Shown here one piece after another: positions 35,641-47,615 of a stretch of DNA of 57,074 nt. How positions within the stretch are numbered: the first letter of the stretch is position 1; each line of letters starts with the position of its first letter. The position numbers and the translations under genes were made by a program. Below the pieces are notes generated by a model that saw nothing but the letters and a program-made list of their open reading frames with translations, did not search any database and was not told the origin of the DNA. The stretch spans positions 1 through 57,074 of the forward strand of contig CAMDAM010000001.1 of assembly GCA_945888575.1 (NCBI GenBank), read 5' to 3'. The DNA is from Asaia bogorensis (GTDB lineage: Bacteria; Pseudomonadota; Alphaproteobacteria; Acetobacterales; Acetobacteraceae).

Positions 35641-36500
35641 AGCCCCGCAGTTTTGACGTGCTCGCAACCTTGCTGCACCGCGGCTCCGGCCTGGTGATCG
35701 GGCCTGAAAAGCAGTACCTGCTGGAAACCCGGCTGGGCGCGATCATGCGCGATGTTGGCGTTCGCGACCTGGACGAGCTGGCCGATCGGCTGCAGGGCTC
35801 GTCGGCCGCCAGTGCGGAGATCGAGCGCAAGGTCATCGAGGCGATGACCACGAATGAGAGCTTCTTCTTCCGCGACGAGAAGCCGTTTGCGCATGTGCGA
35901 TCGGTGGCGTTGCCGATGCTGCATGCGGCGCGGCCGCCGGGGGCGAAGATCCGCATCTGGTCGGCGGCTTCCAGCTCTGGCCAGGAGGCGTATTCGCTGG
36001 CGATGATCGTGGCCGAGCTGCGCCATACGCTGGGCAACCGCACGGTGGAGATCCTGGGTACCGACCTCAGCCGGGAGCAGGTGGTTCGGGCGCAGGAGGG
36101 CGTGTACACCCAGTTCGAGGTGCAGCGCGGCCTGCCGATGACGCATCTGGTGAAGTATTTCCGCAAGGACGGGCTGAACTGGCGGCTGAACGACAACATT
36201 CGCTCGATGGTGACGTTCCGGGAGTGGAACCTTCTGGCGGACCCCCGCCCGCTGGGCGAGTTCGACATCGTGTTCTGCCGCAATGTGCTGATCTATTTCG
36301 ACCGGCCCACCAAGACCCGTGTGCTGGACATGGTGGCGCGGCAGATGGCGGGCGATGGGCTGCTGTATCTGGGCGGCGCGGAAACCGTGCTGGGGATCAG
36401 CGACAAGTTCGAGATCCTGCCGGACAATCGCGGCGTGTACGAGAAGACCCGCAGCGGCACGGCCCGCCCGGCCCTCGCCAGCATCGGCGCGAGAGTCTAG
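35637..36500 (+). CDS. cheR: chemotaxis protein methyltransferase CheR
   Basis: Start MKPRSFDVLATLL at 35637, with ATGA overlap with cheB. TNESFFFRD and IWSAASSSGQEAYSLAM motifs. Confidence 0.9.
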   Translation: MKPRSFDVLATLLHRGSGLVIGPEKQYLLETRLGAIMRDVGVRDLDELADRLQGSSAASAEIERKVIEAMTTNESFFFRDEKPFAHVRSVALPMLHAARPPGAKIRIWSAASSSGQEAYSLAMIVAELRHTLGNRTVEILGTDLSREQVVRAQEGVYTQFEVQRGLPMTHLVKYFRKDGLNWRLNDNIRSMVTFREWNLLADPRPLGEFDIVFCRNVLIYFDRPTKTRVLDMVARQMAGDGLLYLGGAETVLGISDKFEILPDNRGVYEKTRSGTARPALASIGARV

Positions 36501-36535
36501 CTTCCGCGCCCGCATCTGGGCGACGGGAGCGAGAG

Positions 36536-37336
36536 ATGGATCTGCAGGCGGAGTACGATAACGGCGCCAAGGTGCCGAGCTATCCGGCGATTGCAGAGCG
36601 CTGGATGCAGGAGGCCGCCGCCTTCCGGGCGAGCCATCGGCATCTGGAGCTCGGCGTTCCCTATGGCCCGACGGAGCGGCAAGCGCTGGACCTGTTCTGG
36701 CCTGATGCCGCGCGGCAGGGGCCGGTGGCGGTGTTCGTGCATGGCGGATACTGGCAGCGTTCCCACCGGCTGGCCTTCAGCCACCTGGCCCAGGGGCTGC
36801 TGGCGCATGGCGTGGCGGTGGCCATGCCGTCCTACGAGCTTTGCCCTGGCGTGACATTGGCGCAGCTGGTGGAGCAGGTGCGCGACAGCGTGGCCTTCCT
36901 GCACCGGCGGTTGGGCCGGCGGTTCCTGGCGACCGGGCATTCCGCCGGCGGGCATCTGACGGCGATGCTGATGGCGACGGACTGGAAGGCGCGCGGCGTG
37001 CCGGACGGGATCGTGGCGGCGGGCATGCCGATCAGCGGGTTGTTCGACCTGGAGCCGTTGATCCAGACCACGGTGAACGGCGCGCTGGGGCTGGATGAAG
37101 CGGAGGCGCGGCGGTTGTCGCCGTTGCTGATGAAGGCGCCGGGTGGGCCGATCCATGCCTATGTCGGCGGCGAGGAGGGGGTGGAATATACGCGCCAGTC
37201 GCGCTCCATCGCCGAGGCTTGGGGCGGGAGCTGGGATAGCCTGGCGGGGCTGCACCATTTCTCCATCGTGGAAGAGCTGCAGAATCCGGGCTCGGCGATG
37301 GTGGCCAAGGCGCTGGAATTGATTCCGGCGGGCTGA
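36536..37336 (+). CDS. alpha/beta hydrolase (arylformamidase/esterase-like)
   Basis: Start MDLQAEYDNGAKVP at 36536. VFVHGGYW and GHSAGGHL motifs. Confidence 0.75.
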   Translation: MDLQAEYDNGAKVPSYPAIAERWMQEAAAFRASHRHLELGVPYGPTERQALDLFWPDAARQGPVAVFVHGGYWQRSHRLAFSHLAQGLLAHGVAVAMPSYELCPGVTLAQLVEQVRDSVAFLHRRLGRRFLATGHSAGGHLTAMLMATDWKARGVPDGIVAAGMPISGLFDLEPLIQTTVNGALGLDEAEARRLSPLLMKAPGGPIHAYVGGEEGVEYTRQSRSIAEAWGGSWDSLAGLHHFSIVEELQNPGSAMVAKALELIPAG

Positions 37337-37411
37337 GGCTAGGGCACGGGTGATCGCCGCCGGAGGCGGGGTTTTCGCGACGGATTCGAGGTGAATTTGG
37401 GCGCGGGCCGG

Positions 37412-37780
37412 CTATGGCGGCGCGCGGGCGGCTTGCATCGGGCAGGGTACGGGCGCGCGTTGGCCCGCCAGGGCCATGCCCTCGGCGGGGTGGCAGCGCA
37501 GCAGCCAGCCGAGGCGGGCGCGCCGGCGGCGGAGGCGACGCAGGGCGTACCAGTCGAGGAGCGAGTCCGAGTCCTCGTCGGCCGGGATGTTCGCGGAGAA
37601 GAACCAGTCCTTGCGCAGGAGGTGCTGCGTGCGGCGGGGGACGTCGCCCATCGAGAGGGCGGCGAGCAGGGCCAGCAACAGGAGCTTGAGGGCCGCCGGA
37701 ATCCGGGCGTGCAGAATCGCCCGCGCCAAGGGGCGCGGTGCGTCGGCTTCGACCGGAGTGGCGGGTTGATGGGTCATCAC
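37412..37780 (-). CDS. hypothetical protein (orphan, 122 aa)
   Basis: High third-position GC in this frame supports coding. No motif recognised. Competing plus-strand ORFs are Arg/Gly-rich shadows. Confidence 0.35.
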   Translation of the reverse strand: MMTHQPATPVEADAPRPLARAILHARIPAALKLLLLALLAALSMGDVPRRTQHLLRKDWFFSANIPADEDSDSLLDWYALRRLRRRRARLGWLLRCHPAEGMALAGQRAPVPCPMQAARAPP

Positions 37781-37952
37781 CGGTGAATATGCCTAACGCA
37801 ACACCGGTGGGCAAGGAAAAAGTTAGTTTGGAATAGAACTTTGTTAGAAGGGGCGACTCTTGCGTGGGCGGCGGAGAGTTGGCGGGTCCGCTGCGCGACC
37901 CGCCCTACTTGGGGGGCACCCGCGCCTTCCGAGAGGCGCGGGTGCAGGACAG

Positions 37953-37999
37953 GAAAGTTTTTTGGTTCTTTTTTTCAAAAAAGAACCGCTTCCTTCGCC
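37953..37999 (+). repeat. AT-rich hairpin repeat, solo unit A (copy 6)
   Basis: Core at 37955-37986 is identical to the other copies. The tail CGCTTCCTTCGCC ends at the TGA (38000-38002, minus strand) of qor. Confidence 0.9.
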
Positions 38000-38971
38000 T
38001 CAGGGCACCAGGACGGTGCTGCCCGTGGTTTGGCGGGCTTCGAGGGCGGTATGAGCCGCGGCGGCGTTGGCCAGCTTGAAGGTTTGGTTGACGCGGATCT
38101 TCACCGCGCCTTGGCGCACCACGTCGAACAGGTCGTTGGCGGTGGCGACGAGGTCGGCGCGCTTGGCGGTGTAGGTGTTCAGCGTGGGGCGGGTGAGGAA
38201 CAGGCTGCCCTTGGCGGCGAGGATGCCGATATCCACCGGCGGGACGGGGCCGGAGGCGTTGCCGTAGCTGACCATGAGGCCGAGCGAGGCCAGGCAATCC
38301 AGGCTGGCGCCGAAGGTGTCGCGGCCGATGCTATCGTAGACCACGGGCACCATGGCGCCGCCGGTGAGGCGCTTCACCTGGGCCGGCAGGTCGCCGTAGC
38401 CGACCACGGCATGGGCGGCGCCATGTTCCATAGCGAGCTGGGCCTTCGCTTCGGTGGAGACGACGGCGATGACGCTGGCGCCGAGGTGCTTGGCCCATTG
38501 GCACATGATGAGGCCGACGCCGCCGGCCGCGGCATGGACCACGATGGTGTCGCCGGCCTTCACCTTGTAGGTGCGGCGCAGCAGGTATTGGGCCGTCATG
38601 CCCTGGAGCATCATGGCGGCGCCGGTGGTGGCATCGATATCGTCCGGCAGGACCACGAGGCGGTCGGCGGCGATGGCGCGTTCGGTGGCGTAGGCGCCGA
38701 TGGGGCCGCCGGCATAGGCGACGCGGTCGCCGGGCTTCACTTCGGTGACGCCGGCGCCGACGGCGAGGACCACGCCCGCGCCTTCCATGCCCGGGGTGGC
38801 GGGCAGCGGGGCCTTGTAGAGGCCGGTGCGGAAATAGACGTCGATGTAGTTCAGGCCGACGGCCTCATGGCGGACCAGGGCCTCGCCGGGGCCGGGCTCG
38901 GGCGTGGGCACATCCTCCCAGAGCATCACCTCGGGGCCGCCGTTGGCATGGATGCGAATGGCCTGGGTCAT
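38000..38971 (-). CDS. qor: NADPH:quinone oxidoreductase (zeta-crystallin-type MDR)
   Basis: 323 aa with MDR pattern, AAAGGVG nucleotide motif, and N-terminal GPEVMLWEDV. Confidence 0.85.
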   Translation of the reverse strand: MTQAIRIHANGGPEVMLWEDVPTPEPGPGEALVRHEAVGLNYIDVYFRTGLYKAPLPATPGMEGAGVVLAVGAGVTEVKPGDRVAYAGGPIGAYATERAIAADRLVVLPDDIDATTGAAMMLQGMTAQYLLRRTYKVKAGDTIVVHAAAGGVGLIMCQWAKHLGASVIAVVSTEAKAQLAMEHGAAHAVVGYGDLPAQVKRLTGGAMVPVVYDSIGRDTFGASLDCLASLGLMVSYGNASGPVPPVDIGILAAKGSLFLTRPTLNTYTAKRADLVATANDLFDVVRQGAVKIRVNQTFKLANAAAAHTALEARQTTGSTVLVP

Positions 38972-39016
38972 CGGGCTTCCATCAGGTTGAGAGGCAGGTT
39001 GAACAAAGGGGTCGGG

Positions 39017-39490
39017 TCAGGTGGGGGCGAAAAGGTCGCCGCCGGCCTGCCCGGCATTCTCGAGCGCGAGCAGGAAGCGCTTGGTGGGCAGGCCGTCGCC
39101 ACCGGAATAGCCGCCTATGCCCGTGGTGGCCACCACGCGATGGCATGGGATGACGATGGGGATCGGATTGCGGCCGTTCGCCCCGCCCACCGCGCGGGGG
39201 CTGCCGCCCACGGCGCGGGCGATATCGGCATAGGTGCGGGTGACGCCGGGGGGGATGTCGCACAGGGCCTGCCAGACGCGGCGCTGGTAGGCGGTGCCGG
39301 CGGGGGCGAGGGGGAGATCGAAGGCGAGGCGATCGCCGTCGAAATAGGCCTGGAGTTGCTGGCGGGCCTCGGCGAGGAGGGGCGAGGCGGTTTGTTCCTC
39401 CACCCAGCCCCAGTCGATGGCGACGAGGGACCCATCCTCTTCGGTGAGGGTGAGGTCGCCGACTGGGGAGTGCAGGGAAAGCTGGGGCAA
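39017..39490 (-). CDS. ogt: methylated-DNA--protein-cysteine methyltransferase
   Basis: 157 aa with the IPCHRVV active-site motif. Confidence 0.9.
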   Translation of the reverse strand: MPQLSLHSPVGDLTLTEEDGSLVAIDWGWVEEQTASPLLAEARQQLQAYFDGDRLAFDLPLAPAGTAYQRRVWQALCDIPPGVTRTYADIARAVGGSPRAVGGANGRNPIPIVIPCHRVVATTGIGGYSGGDGLPTKRFLLALENAGQAGGDLFAPT

Positions 39491-39495
39491 GGGGG

Positions 39496-41601
<2,106 letters not shown>

Positions 41602-41731
41602 TGCTTGTCCTTGCATGTCGCCACGGGTTCGCGGATAGGAAAGCCAAGGAACGGGCGCCGCGCGATGTGGCTCCCGCCGTATGCACGCCGCGGCGGTTGG
41701 GCCACCGCATGACGGCCAGCGGAGACCCATC

Positions 41732-42076
41732 ATGGACCATTCTGCCGCGCCGCCAGACCCAGCGCCGTTCTACGACGCGCATCTGTTTGTCTGCTGCAAC
41801 CGGCGGGCGGAAGGGCATCCGCGCGGTTCCTGCGCGGCTTCCGGCTCTGAGGCGCTGCGCGACTACATGAAGCGCAAGGCCAAGCAGATGGGGCTGAAGA
41901 AGGTGCGGGTCAATCAGGCCGGGTGCCTCGATCGGTGCGAGCTCGGCCCGTGCATGGTGATCTATCCCGAGGGGGTTTGGTACAAGATCACCACGGAGGC
42001 CGAGGTGGACGCGGTGCTGGAACGCCATGTGCGGGACGGCGGGCGCGTGCCGGAGTTGATGCTTCCGCCGGGATAG
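41732..42076 (+). CDS. thioredoxin-like [2Fe-2S] ferredoxin
   Basis: HLFVCCNRR...GSC...[21 protein letters not shown] pattern. Start MDHSAAPP at 41732. Confidence 0.75.
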   Translation: MDHSAAPPDPAPFYDAHLFVCCNRRAEGHPRGSCAASGSEALRDYMKRKAKQMGLKKVRVNQAGCLDRCELGPCMVIYPEGVWYKITTEAEVDAVLERHVRDGGRVPELMLPPG

Positions 42077-42090
42077 GACGCGGCGGGGCG

Positions 42091-43392
42091 ATGTTGGCGG
42101 GCCAGGGCAGCGAGACGATCTTTGCCGTCGCTTCCGGGGCGGGGCGGGCGGCGATTGCGGTGTTCCGGATTTCGGGGCCGGCGAGTGGCGGGGCGTTGGA
42201 TCGGCTTTGTCGGCGGCGGCCGGTGGCGCGGCAGGCCGTGTTGCGGTCGTTGCGGGATCAATCCGGCGCGGTGATCGACCGGGCGCTGGTGCTGTGGTTG
42301 CCGGGGCCTGGCTCGTTCACCGGGGAAGACAGCCTGGAGCTGCATGTTCATGGCGGGCGGGCGGTGGTGCAGGCGATGTCGGCCGCGTTGGTGGAGCTTG
42401 GGCTGCGGCCGGCTGAACCGGGGGAGTTCACGCGGCGGGCGTTCCTGAATGGGCGGATGGATCTGCTGGAGGCGGAGGCGCTCGCGGATTTGATCGATGC
42501 CGAAACGAGCGGGCAGCGGCAACAGGCGTTGCGGCAGCTGGAGGGCGCGCTGGGGGAGGTTCTGGCCGGGTGGCGCGGGCGGTTGCTGGCCGTGCTGGCG
42601 CAGCAGGAGGCGTTGATCGATTTTCCCGACGAGGATTTGCCGCCGGAGGTGGAGGACGCGTTGCTGGGGGGGATCGCTGGGTTGTGCGGCGAGATGCGCC
42701 GGCATCTGGACGACGACCGGCGCGGGGAGCGGGTTCGCGAGGGGCTGACGATTGCGGTGCTGGGTCCGCCGAACGCTGGAAAGTCTACTCTTATCAATGC
42801 GTTGGCGGAGCGGGATGTAGCGATTGTCGCGGATCTGCCGGGAACGACGCGGGATGTGCTGGAAGCGCGGGTTGTGATGGCGGGTGTGCCGGTGACGTTG
42901 TTGGATACGGCGGGGTTGCGCGAGTCCGCCGACCCGGTGGAGGCGGAGGGGATCCGGCGGGCGCGGCTGCGGGCGGCGGCGGCGGATTTGGTGATGGTGG
43001 TGGAGGCGCCTGGTGAGGGGCGACTGGCGGCGCTGCCGGAGCATCCGCGGGTGCTGCGCGTGGCCACGAAGGCGGATCTCGGGGTTGGGGATGGCGATGT
43101 TGCCATCAGCGTTCATGCGGGCAGTGGGATGGACCGGTTGCGCGCGCTGCTGGCCGATCATGTGCGCGAGATGACCGCGGTGCAGGGCCCTGCCCCGCTG
43201 ACCCGGGCGCGGCATCGCGCGGCGTTGCAGGAGGCGGCTGGGAGCCTGGATGCTGCTCTGGCAGCGCCGCAGCCGGAATTGCGGGGCGAGGATTTGCGCC
43301 TGGCGCTGCGGGCGCTCGGCCGGCTGACGGGACAGGTGGGGGTTGAGGATATTCTCGATTCCGTGTTTCGCCAGTTCTGCATTGGAAAGTGA
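42091..43392 (+). CDS. mnmE: tRNA modification GTPase MnmE
   Basis: TIFAVASGAGRAAIAVFRISG N-terminus, G-domain GPPNAGKSTLINAL and DTAG, C-terminal FCIGK. Confidence 0.95.
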   Translation: MLAGQGSETIFAVASGAGRAAIAVFRISGPASGGALDRLCRRRPVARQAVLRSLRDQSGAVIDRALVLWLPGPGSFTGEDSLELHVHGGRAVVQAMSAALVELGLRPAEPGEFTRRAFLNGRMDLLEAEALADLIDAETSGQRQQALRQLEGALGEVLAGWRGRLLAVLAQQEALIDFPDEDLPPEVEDALLGGIAGLCGEMRRHLDDDRRGERVREGLTIAVLGPPNAGKSTLINALAERDVAIVADLPGTTRDVLEARVVMAGVPVTLLDTAGLRESADPVEAEGIRRARLRAAAADLVMVVEAPGEGRLAALPEHPRVLRVATKADLGVGDGDVAISVHAGSGMDRLRALLADHVREMTAVQGPAPLTRARHRAALQEAAGSLDAALAAPQPELRGEDLRLALRALGRLTGQVGVEDILDSVFRQFCIGK

Positions 43393-43416
43393 GTGCCTGG
43401 CCATGAGGAGCCGACC

Positions 43417-45288
43417 GTGACCCATGCCTTCGATGTGATTGTGGTGGGCGGCGGCCATGCCGGCTGCGAGGCGGCGGCGGCGGCGGCGCGGATGGGGGCG
43501 CGCACGTTGCTGGTGACGCATAAGCGCGCGACGATTGGCGAAATGTCTTGCAACCCGGCGATCGGTGGGATCGGCAAGGGGCATCTGGTGCGGGAGATCG
43601 ATGCGCTGGATGGGCTGATGGGGCGGGCGGCGGATTTGGCCGGCATCCACTTCAAGCTGTTGAACCGGAGCAAGGGGCCGGCGGTGCGGGGGCCGCGGGC
43701 GCAGGCGGATCGGGCGCTGTATCGGCGGGCGGTGCTCTTTCTGCTGGAGGCGCAACAGGGTTTGTCGATCGCCGAGGCGGCGGTGGAGGACCTGGTGGTG
43801 GACGAGGCCGGCGAGGTGGCCGGGATCGTGACGGAGGCTGGGGAGACGATCCTGGCCGGGGCGGTGGTGCTGACGGCGGGGACCTTCCTGCGCGGGGTGA
43901 TCCATATCGGGCATGAGACCCGGCCGGCTGGGCGGATGGGGGATGGGCCGGCGGTGGGACTGGCGCTTCGGCTGGAGGCGCTTGGTCTGCCGTTGGGCCG
44001 GCTGAAGACCGGCACGCCGCCGCGGCTGGATGGACGGACGATCGGATGGGACCGGTTGCCGGCCGATCATGGCGATGCGGTGCCGGAGTTCTTCAGCACG
44101 TTTACCACCGCGACCGGCAATCGCCAGGTGGCGTGCGGGGTGACGGGGACGACGGAGGTGACGCACCGGATCATCCGGGACAACCTGCAGCTTTCCGCGG
44201 TGTATGGCGGGCAGATCGCCGGGCGGGGACCGCGCTATTGCCCTTCGATCGAGGACAAGGTGGTGCGGTTTGCCGACCGGTCGCAGCACCAGATCTTCCT
44301 GGAGCCGGAGGGGCTGGAGGACGACACGGTCTATCCGAACGGGATCTCTACCAGCCTGCCGGCCGATGTGCAGGCGGCATTGGTGGCGACGATCCCTGGG
44401 CTGGAGAGTGCGCGGATCCTTCGGCCTGGCTATGCGGTGGAATATGACTATGTGGACCCTCGCGCGCTGGCACCGTCACTGGAGCTGAGCTCCCTGCCCC
44501 GGCTGTTCCTGGCTGGGCAGATCAACGGCACGACGGGCTATGAGGAGGCGGCGGCCCAGGGAATCATGGCCGGGATCAACGCGGCGAACCGGGCGTCTGG
44601 CGCTGCGCCGCTGATCTTCTCGCGCGCCGAGGCGTATATCGGGGTGTTGATCGACGATCTCACGACCCAGGGCGTTTCCGAGCCTTATCGGATGTTTACC
44701 TCGCGCGCCGAGTATCGGCTGACGTTGCGGGCGGATAATGCGGATATGCGGCTGACGGCCAGGGGGATAGCCGCCGGGGTTGTGGGCTTGGGGCGGGCGG
44801 CGCAGTTCCAGGGACATTCGGCGGGGATTGCTGGGGCAGAGGCTCGGGCTCGGGCGGAGGTTGCTACGGCACAGGAGATGCGTCGGCATGGGATTGATGT
44901 GCCAGCCGATGCCGAGAAGCGGGCCTGCTTTGCCTGGTTGGCACATCCGCATCTGTCGGAGGCGGACCGGCTGCGTGCGTTTCCGTGGTTGGCGGATCTG
45001 GCACCGCGGGTGCGGGGGCAGTTGGAGGCCAATGCGCTGTATGACGGGTACCTTGCGCGGCAGGACAAGGATATCGCGTGGTTTCGCAAGGAGGAGGCGG
45101 TCGTGATCTCCCCGGAGTTGGACTATGCGGAGATCGGCGGGCTTTCGACCGAAATGCAGGAGCGGCTGCAGGCCTCTCGCCCGCCCTCCCTGGGGGCTGC
45201 GGGGCGGATACCGGGAATTACGCCCGCGGCACTGTCGGCCATTTTGGCCCATGTGCGCAAAACACCCTCAGCGCGACGTTTCACGTGA
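43417..45288 (+). CDS. mnmG: tRNA uridine 5-carboxymethylaminomethyl modification enzyme MnmG
   Basis: [33 protein letters not shown] motifs. The GTG at 43417 has a GAGGAG RBS 6 nt upstream; the track start is 43393. Confidence 0.95.
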   Translation: MTHAFDVIVVGGGHAGCEAAAAAARMGARTLLVTHKRATIGEMSCNPAIGGIGKGHLVREIDALDGLMGRAADLAGIHFKLLNRSKGPAVRGPRAQADRALYRRAVLFLLEAQQGLSIAEAAVEDLVVDEAGEVAGIVTEAGETILAGAVVLTAGTFLRGVIHIGHETRPAGRMGDGPAVGLALRLEALGLPLGRLKTGTPPRLDGRTIGWDRLPADHGDAVPEFFSTFTTATGNRQVACGVTGTTEVTHRIIRDNLQLSAVYGGQIAGRGPRYCPSIEDKVVRFADRSQHQIFLEPEGLEDDTVYPNGISTSLPADVQAALVATIPGLESARILRPGYAVEYDYVDPRALAPSLELSSLPRLFLAGQINGTTGYEEAAAQGIMAGINAANRASGAAPLIFSRAEAYIGVLIDDLTTQGVSEPYRMFTSRAEYRLTLRADNADMRLTARGIAAGVVGLGRAAQFQGHSAGIAGAEARARAEVATAQEMRRHGIDVPADAEKRACFAWLAHPHLSEADRLRAFPWLADLAPRVRGQLEANALYDGYLARQDKDIAWFRKEEAVVISPELDYAEIGGLSTEMQERLQASRPPSLGAAGRIPGITPAALSAILAHVRKTPSARRFT

Positions 45289-45292
45289 AACA
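45277..45292. promoter_or_regulatory. parS: parS centromere-like site 1
   Basis: CGTTTCACGTGAAACA matches the parS consensus TGTTTCACGTGAAACA at 15/16 positions. It contains the mnmG TGA stop and the proposed rsmG GTG start. Confidence 0.85.
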
Positions 45293-45887
45293 GACCCCCT
45301 CCCCCACGCCGGCTGTTTCACGTGAAACAGCCGAACGGCTGGACCGGTTTCTGGCGCTCGTGCTGGCGTGGAACCCGACGATCAACCTGGTTGGCAAGCA
45401 GGATGCGGCGCAACTGCGGCATCGGCATCTGGACGACTCGCTGGCGCTGCTGCCGTATCTCCCGGCGGAATTTGAGCGCGCCATCGATCTTGGGTCCGGT
45501 GGGGGTTTCCCGGGGCTCGTGCTCGCCATTGCGACCGGGCGGCCGTTTGATCTTGTGGAATCTGACCAACGCAAGGCGGCATTCCTGCGCGAAGCGGCGC
45601 GCATCACGGAGGCCCCGGCAACCGTTCATGCAGAGCGCATCGAACGGGTTCGGATACCCCCTGCCCCGCTGATTACAGCGCGCGCGCTGGCGCCGTTGCC
45701 TGTGCTTCTGGGCTGGGCCACGCCGCTGCTTGCGCCAGGTGGCGTCTGCGTGTTTCCGAAGGGGCGAACGGCCGACGAGGAATTGACGGCTGCCCGTCTG
45801 CAGTGGCACATGCGCGTGGAGCAATGGAGTAATCCACTCGCCCCCGACGCCTGCATCCTCCGGTTGAGCGAGATATCCCGTGTCTGA
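45285..45887 (+). CDS. rsmG: 16S rRNA (guanine527-N7)-methyltransferase RsmG
   Basis: [27 protein letters not shown]-terminus and SAM motif [10 protein letters not shown]. The GTG at 45285 overlaps the mnmG stop (GTGA). Confidence 0.9.
   Translation: MKQTPSPTPAVSRETAERLDRFLALVLAWNPTINLVGKQDAAQLRHRHLDDSLALLPYLPAEFERAIDLGSGGGFPGLVLAIATGRPFDLVESDQRKAAFLREAARITEAPATVHAERIERVRIPPAPLITARALAPLPVLLGWATPLLAPGGVCVFPKGRTADEELTAARLQWHMRVEQWSNPLAPDACILRLSEISRV
45314..45329. promoter_or_regulatory. parS: parS centromere-like site 2
   Basis: TGTTTCACGTGAAACA matches the consensus 16/16. It lies inside rsmG codons encoding (A)VSRET. Confidence 0.9.
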
Positions 45888-46725
45888 CCATTCTCGCCCC
45901 AGCGACCCCCAGAATCCCGCCGGCAGCGCCCCCAGGCCTGCCCGCATCATCGCAGTCGTCAACCAGAAGGGCGGTGTTGGCAAGACGACCACCACGATCA
46001 ATCTGGCCACCGCGCTGGCCGCCGCTGGGCATCGGGTGCTGATTGTCGATCTGGACCCGCAGGGTAATGCCTCCACCGGAATTGGTATCGCGCCAAGCCA
46101 GCGTAGTGCAGGCACCTATGCGCTGCTACTGGACGATATCGAGCCGGAAGAGGCCATCCTGCAGAGTTTTGTGCCCAATCTGAGCATCATTCCCGCCGAA
46201 ACCGACTTGGCAGGGGCCGAGATTGAGCTGGTGGGCCTGGATCGGCGGGAGTTCCGGTTGCGCGATGCGCTGCATGCGCCGGCGCTTGCCGCCTATTCCC
46301 ATATCTTGATCGATTGCCCGCCGAGCCTGGGATTACTGACGCTGAACGGCCTGGTGGCGGCAGATGCGGTGATGGTGCCGCTGCAATGCGAGTTCTTTGC
46401 CCTGGAAGGGCTCAGCCAATTGATGCGAACCATAGAGAGGGTGCGCCAAGCCCTGAACCCGGTGTTGCGGGTGCAGGGGATCGTGCTGACCATGTATGAT
46501 CGGCGCAACAACCTGTCTGATCTCGTGGCGGCCGATGCGCGGGGTTTCTTTGGGACCCAGGTTTACGACACCGTGATCCCGCGCAATATCCGGGTTTCGG
46601 AAGCGCCGAGCCATGGCAAGCCGGTGATCCTTTACGACCACAAGTCGCCGGGTGCCCAGGCCTATATCCGCCTTGCCCAGGAACTGCTGCGCCGTGAGCG
46701 CGCCTATTCGGAGACCCGCCCATGA
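45880..46725 (+). CDS. parA: chromosome partitioning ATPase ParA
   Basis: Deviant Walker A NQKGGVGKTTT. 281 aa. Confidence 0.95.
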   Translation: MSDHSRPSDPQNPAGSAPRPARIIAVVNQKGGVGKTTTTINLATALAAAGHRVLIVDLDPQGNASTGIGIAPSQRSAGTYALLLDDIEPEEAILQSFVPNLSIIPAETDLAGAEIELVGLDRREFRLRDALHAPALAAYSHILIDCPPSLGLLTLNGLVAADAVMVPLQCEFFALEGLSQLMRTIERVRQALNPVLRVQGIVLTMYDRRNNLSDLVAADARGFFGTQVYDTVIPRNIRVSEAPSHGKPVILYDHKSPGAQAYIRLAQELLRRERAYSETRP

Positions 46726-47603
46726 GCAAGGAACCCGGCCAGCGCCTGGGCCGCGGGCTCGCTGCCCTCCTTGGGGATCAGCGCCCTGCCCCGGCGGCAC
46801 CCGCTGCCGCGCCGCCCGCGCCAGGGGTGACGGCGATCCCAGTGGAGCACCTGGAGCCCGGGCCGTTCCAGCCGCGTGGGGATTTCGACCCGGCGAGCAT
46901 GGCGGAGCTGGTGGATTCCATCCGGGCGCGCGGCATCCTGCAGCCCCTGCTGGCACGGCCGCATCCGGAGCAGAAGGAGCGGTTCCAGATCATCGCCGGT
47001 GAGCGCCGCTGGCGGGCCGCCCAGCAGGCTGGGCTGCATGTTGTGCCCGCGCTGGTCCGTGCGCTGACCGATGCCGAGGCGATGGCGGCGGCGCTGGTGG
47101 AGAACCTTCAGCGCCAGGATCTCAACGCGATCGAGGAGGCCGAAGGCTATTATCGGCTGACTGAGGAATTCGGGCTGACGCAGGAGCGCCTGGCGGAATC
47201 CGTTGGCAAATCCCGCAGCCATGTGGCGAATATGCTGCGGTTGCGCCAGTTGCCGGCCACGGTGATGGAGGAGGTGCGGCGCGGGCGGCTTTCTGCCGGG
47301 CATGCAAGGGCGCTGCTCGGCCATCCCGACCCCGCCAAGGCGGCGCTGGCGGTGATCGCGCGTGGCCTGAATGTGCGGCAGACCGAGGCGATGGTGCCGA
47401 CCCATGGCACCAAGGCGCGCAGCCCGGGTGTTGGCAGCACCACCAAGGACCCAGAAACGGCCGCGCTGGAGCGGGATCTGGCCGAGCGGCTTGGTCTCAA
47501 GGTGGATATCAGCTTCGACGGCAAGTCTGGCAGCGTGCGAATCCACTACCGGAGCCTGGATCAGCTGGACAGTTTGATCGCGTTGCTGATGCCGTCGGCC
47601 TGA
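46722..47603 (+). CDS. parB: chromosome partitioning protein ParB
   Basis: ParB box GERRWRAA and an HTH region. ATGA overlap with parA. Confidence 0.95.
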   Translation: MSKEPGQRLGRGLAALLGDQRPAPAAPAAAPPAPGVTAIPVEHLEPGPFQPRGDFDPASMAELVDSIRARGILQPLLARPHPEQKERFQIIAGERRWRAAQQAGLHVVPALVRALTDAEAMAAALVENLQRQDLNAIEEAEGYYRLTEEFGLTQERLAESVGKSRSHVANMLRLRQLPATVMEEVRRGRLSAGHARALLGHPDPAKAALAVIARGLNVRQTEAMVPTHGTKARSPGVGSTTKDPETAALERDLAERLGLKVDISFDGKSGSVRIHYRSLDQLDSLIALLMPSA

Positions 47604-47615
47604 AGCGGCGCCGAT

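Noticed and set aside
41962-44289. 775-aa minus-strand ORF across mnmE/mnmG, and similar long shadows (31358..33952, 15287..17479, 37841..39640, 39568..41712, 49140..50936, 52623..54836, 53695..54801, 17542..18735, 24109..25365)
   Set aside because: All are Arg/Pro/Gly/His-rich, low-complexity, and overlap strongly supported genes on the other strand or in another frame. They are treated as GC-driven artefacts.
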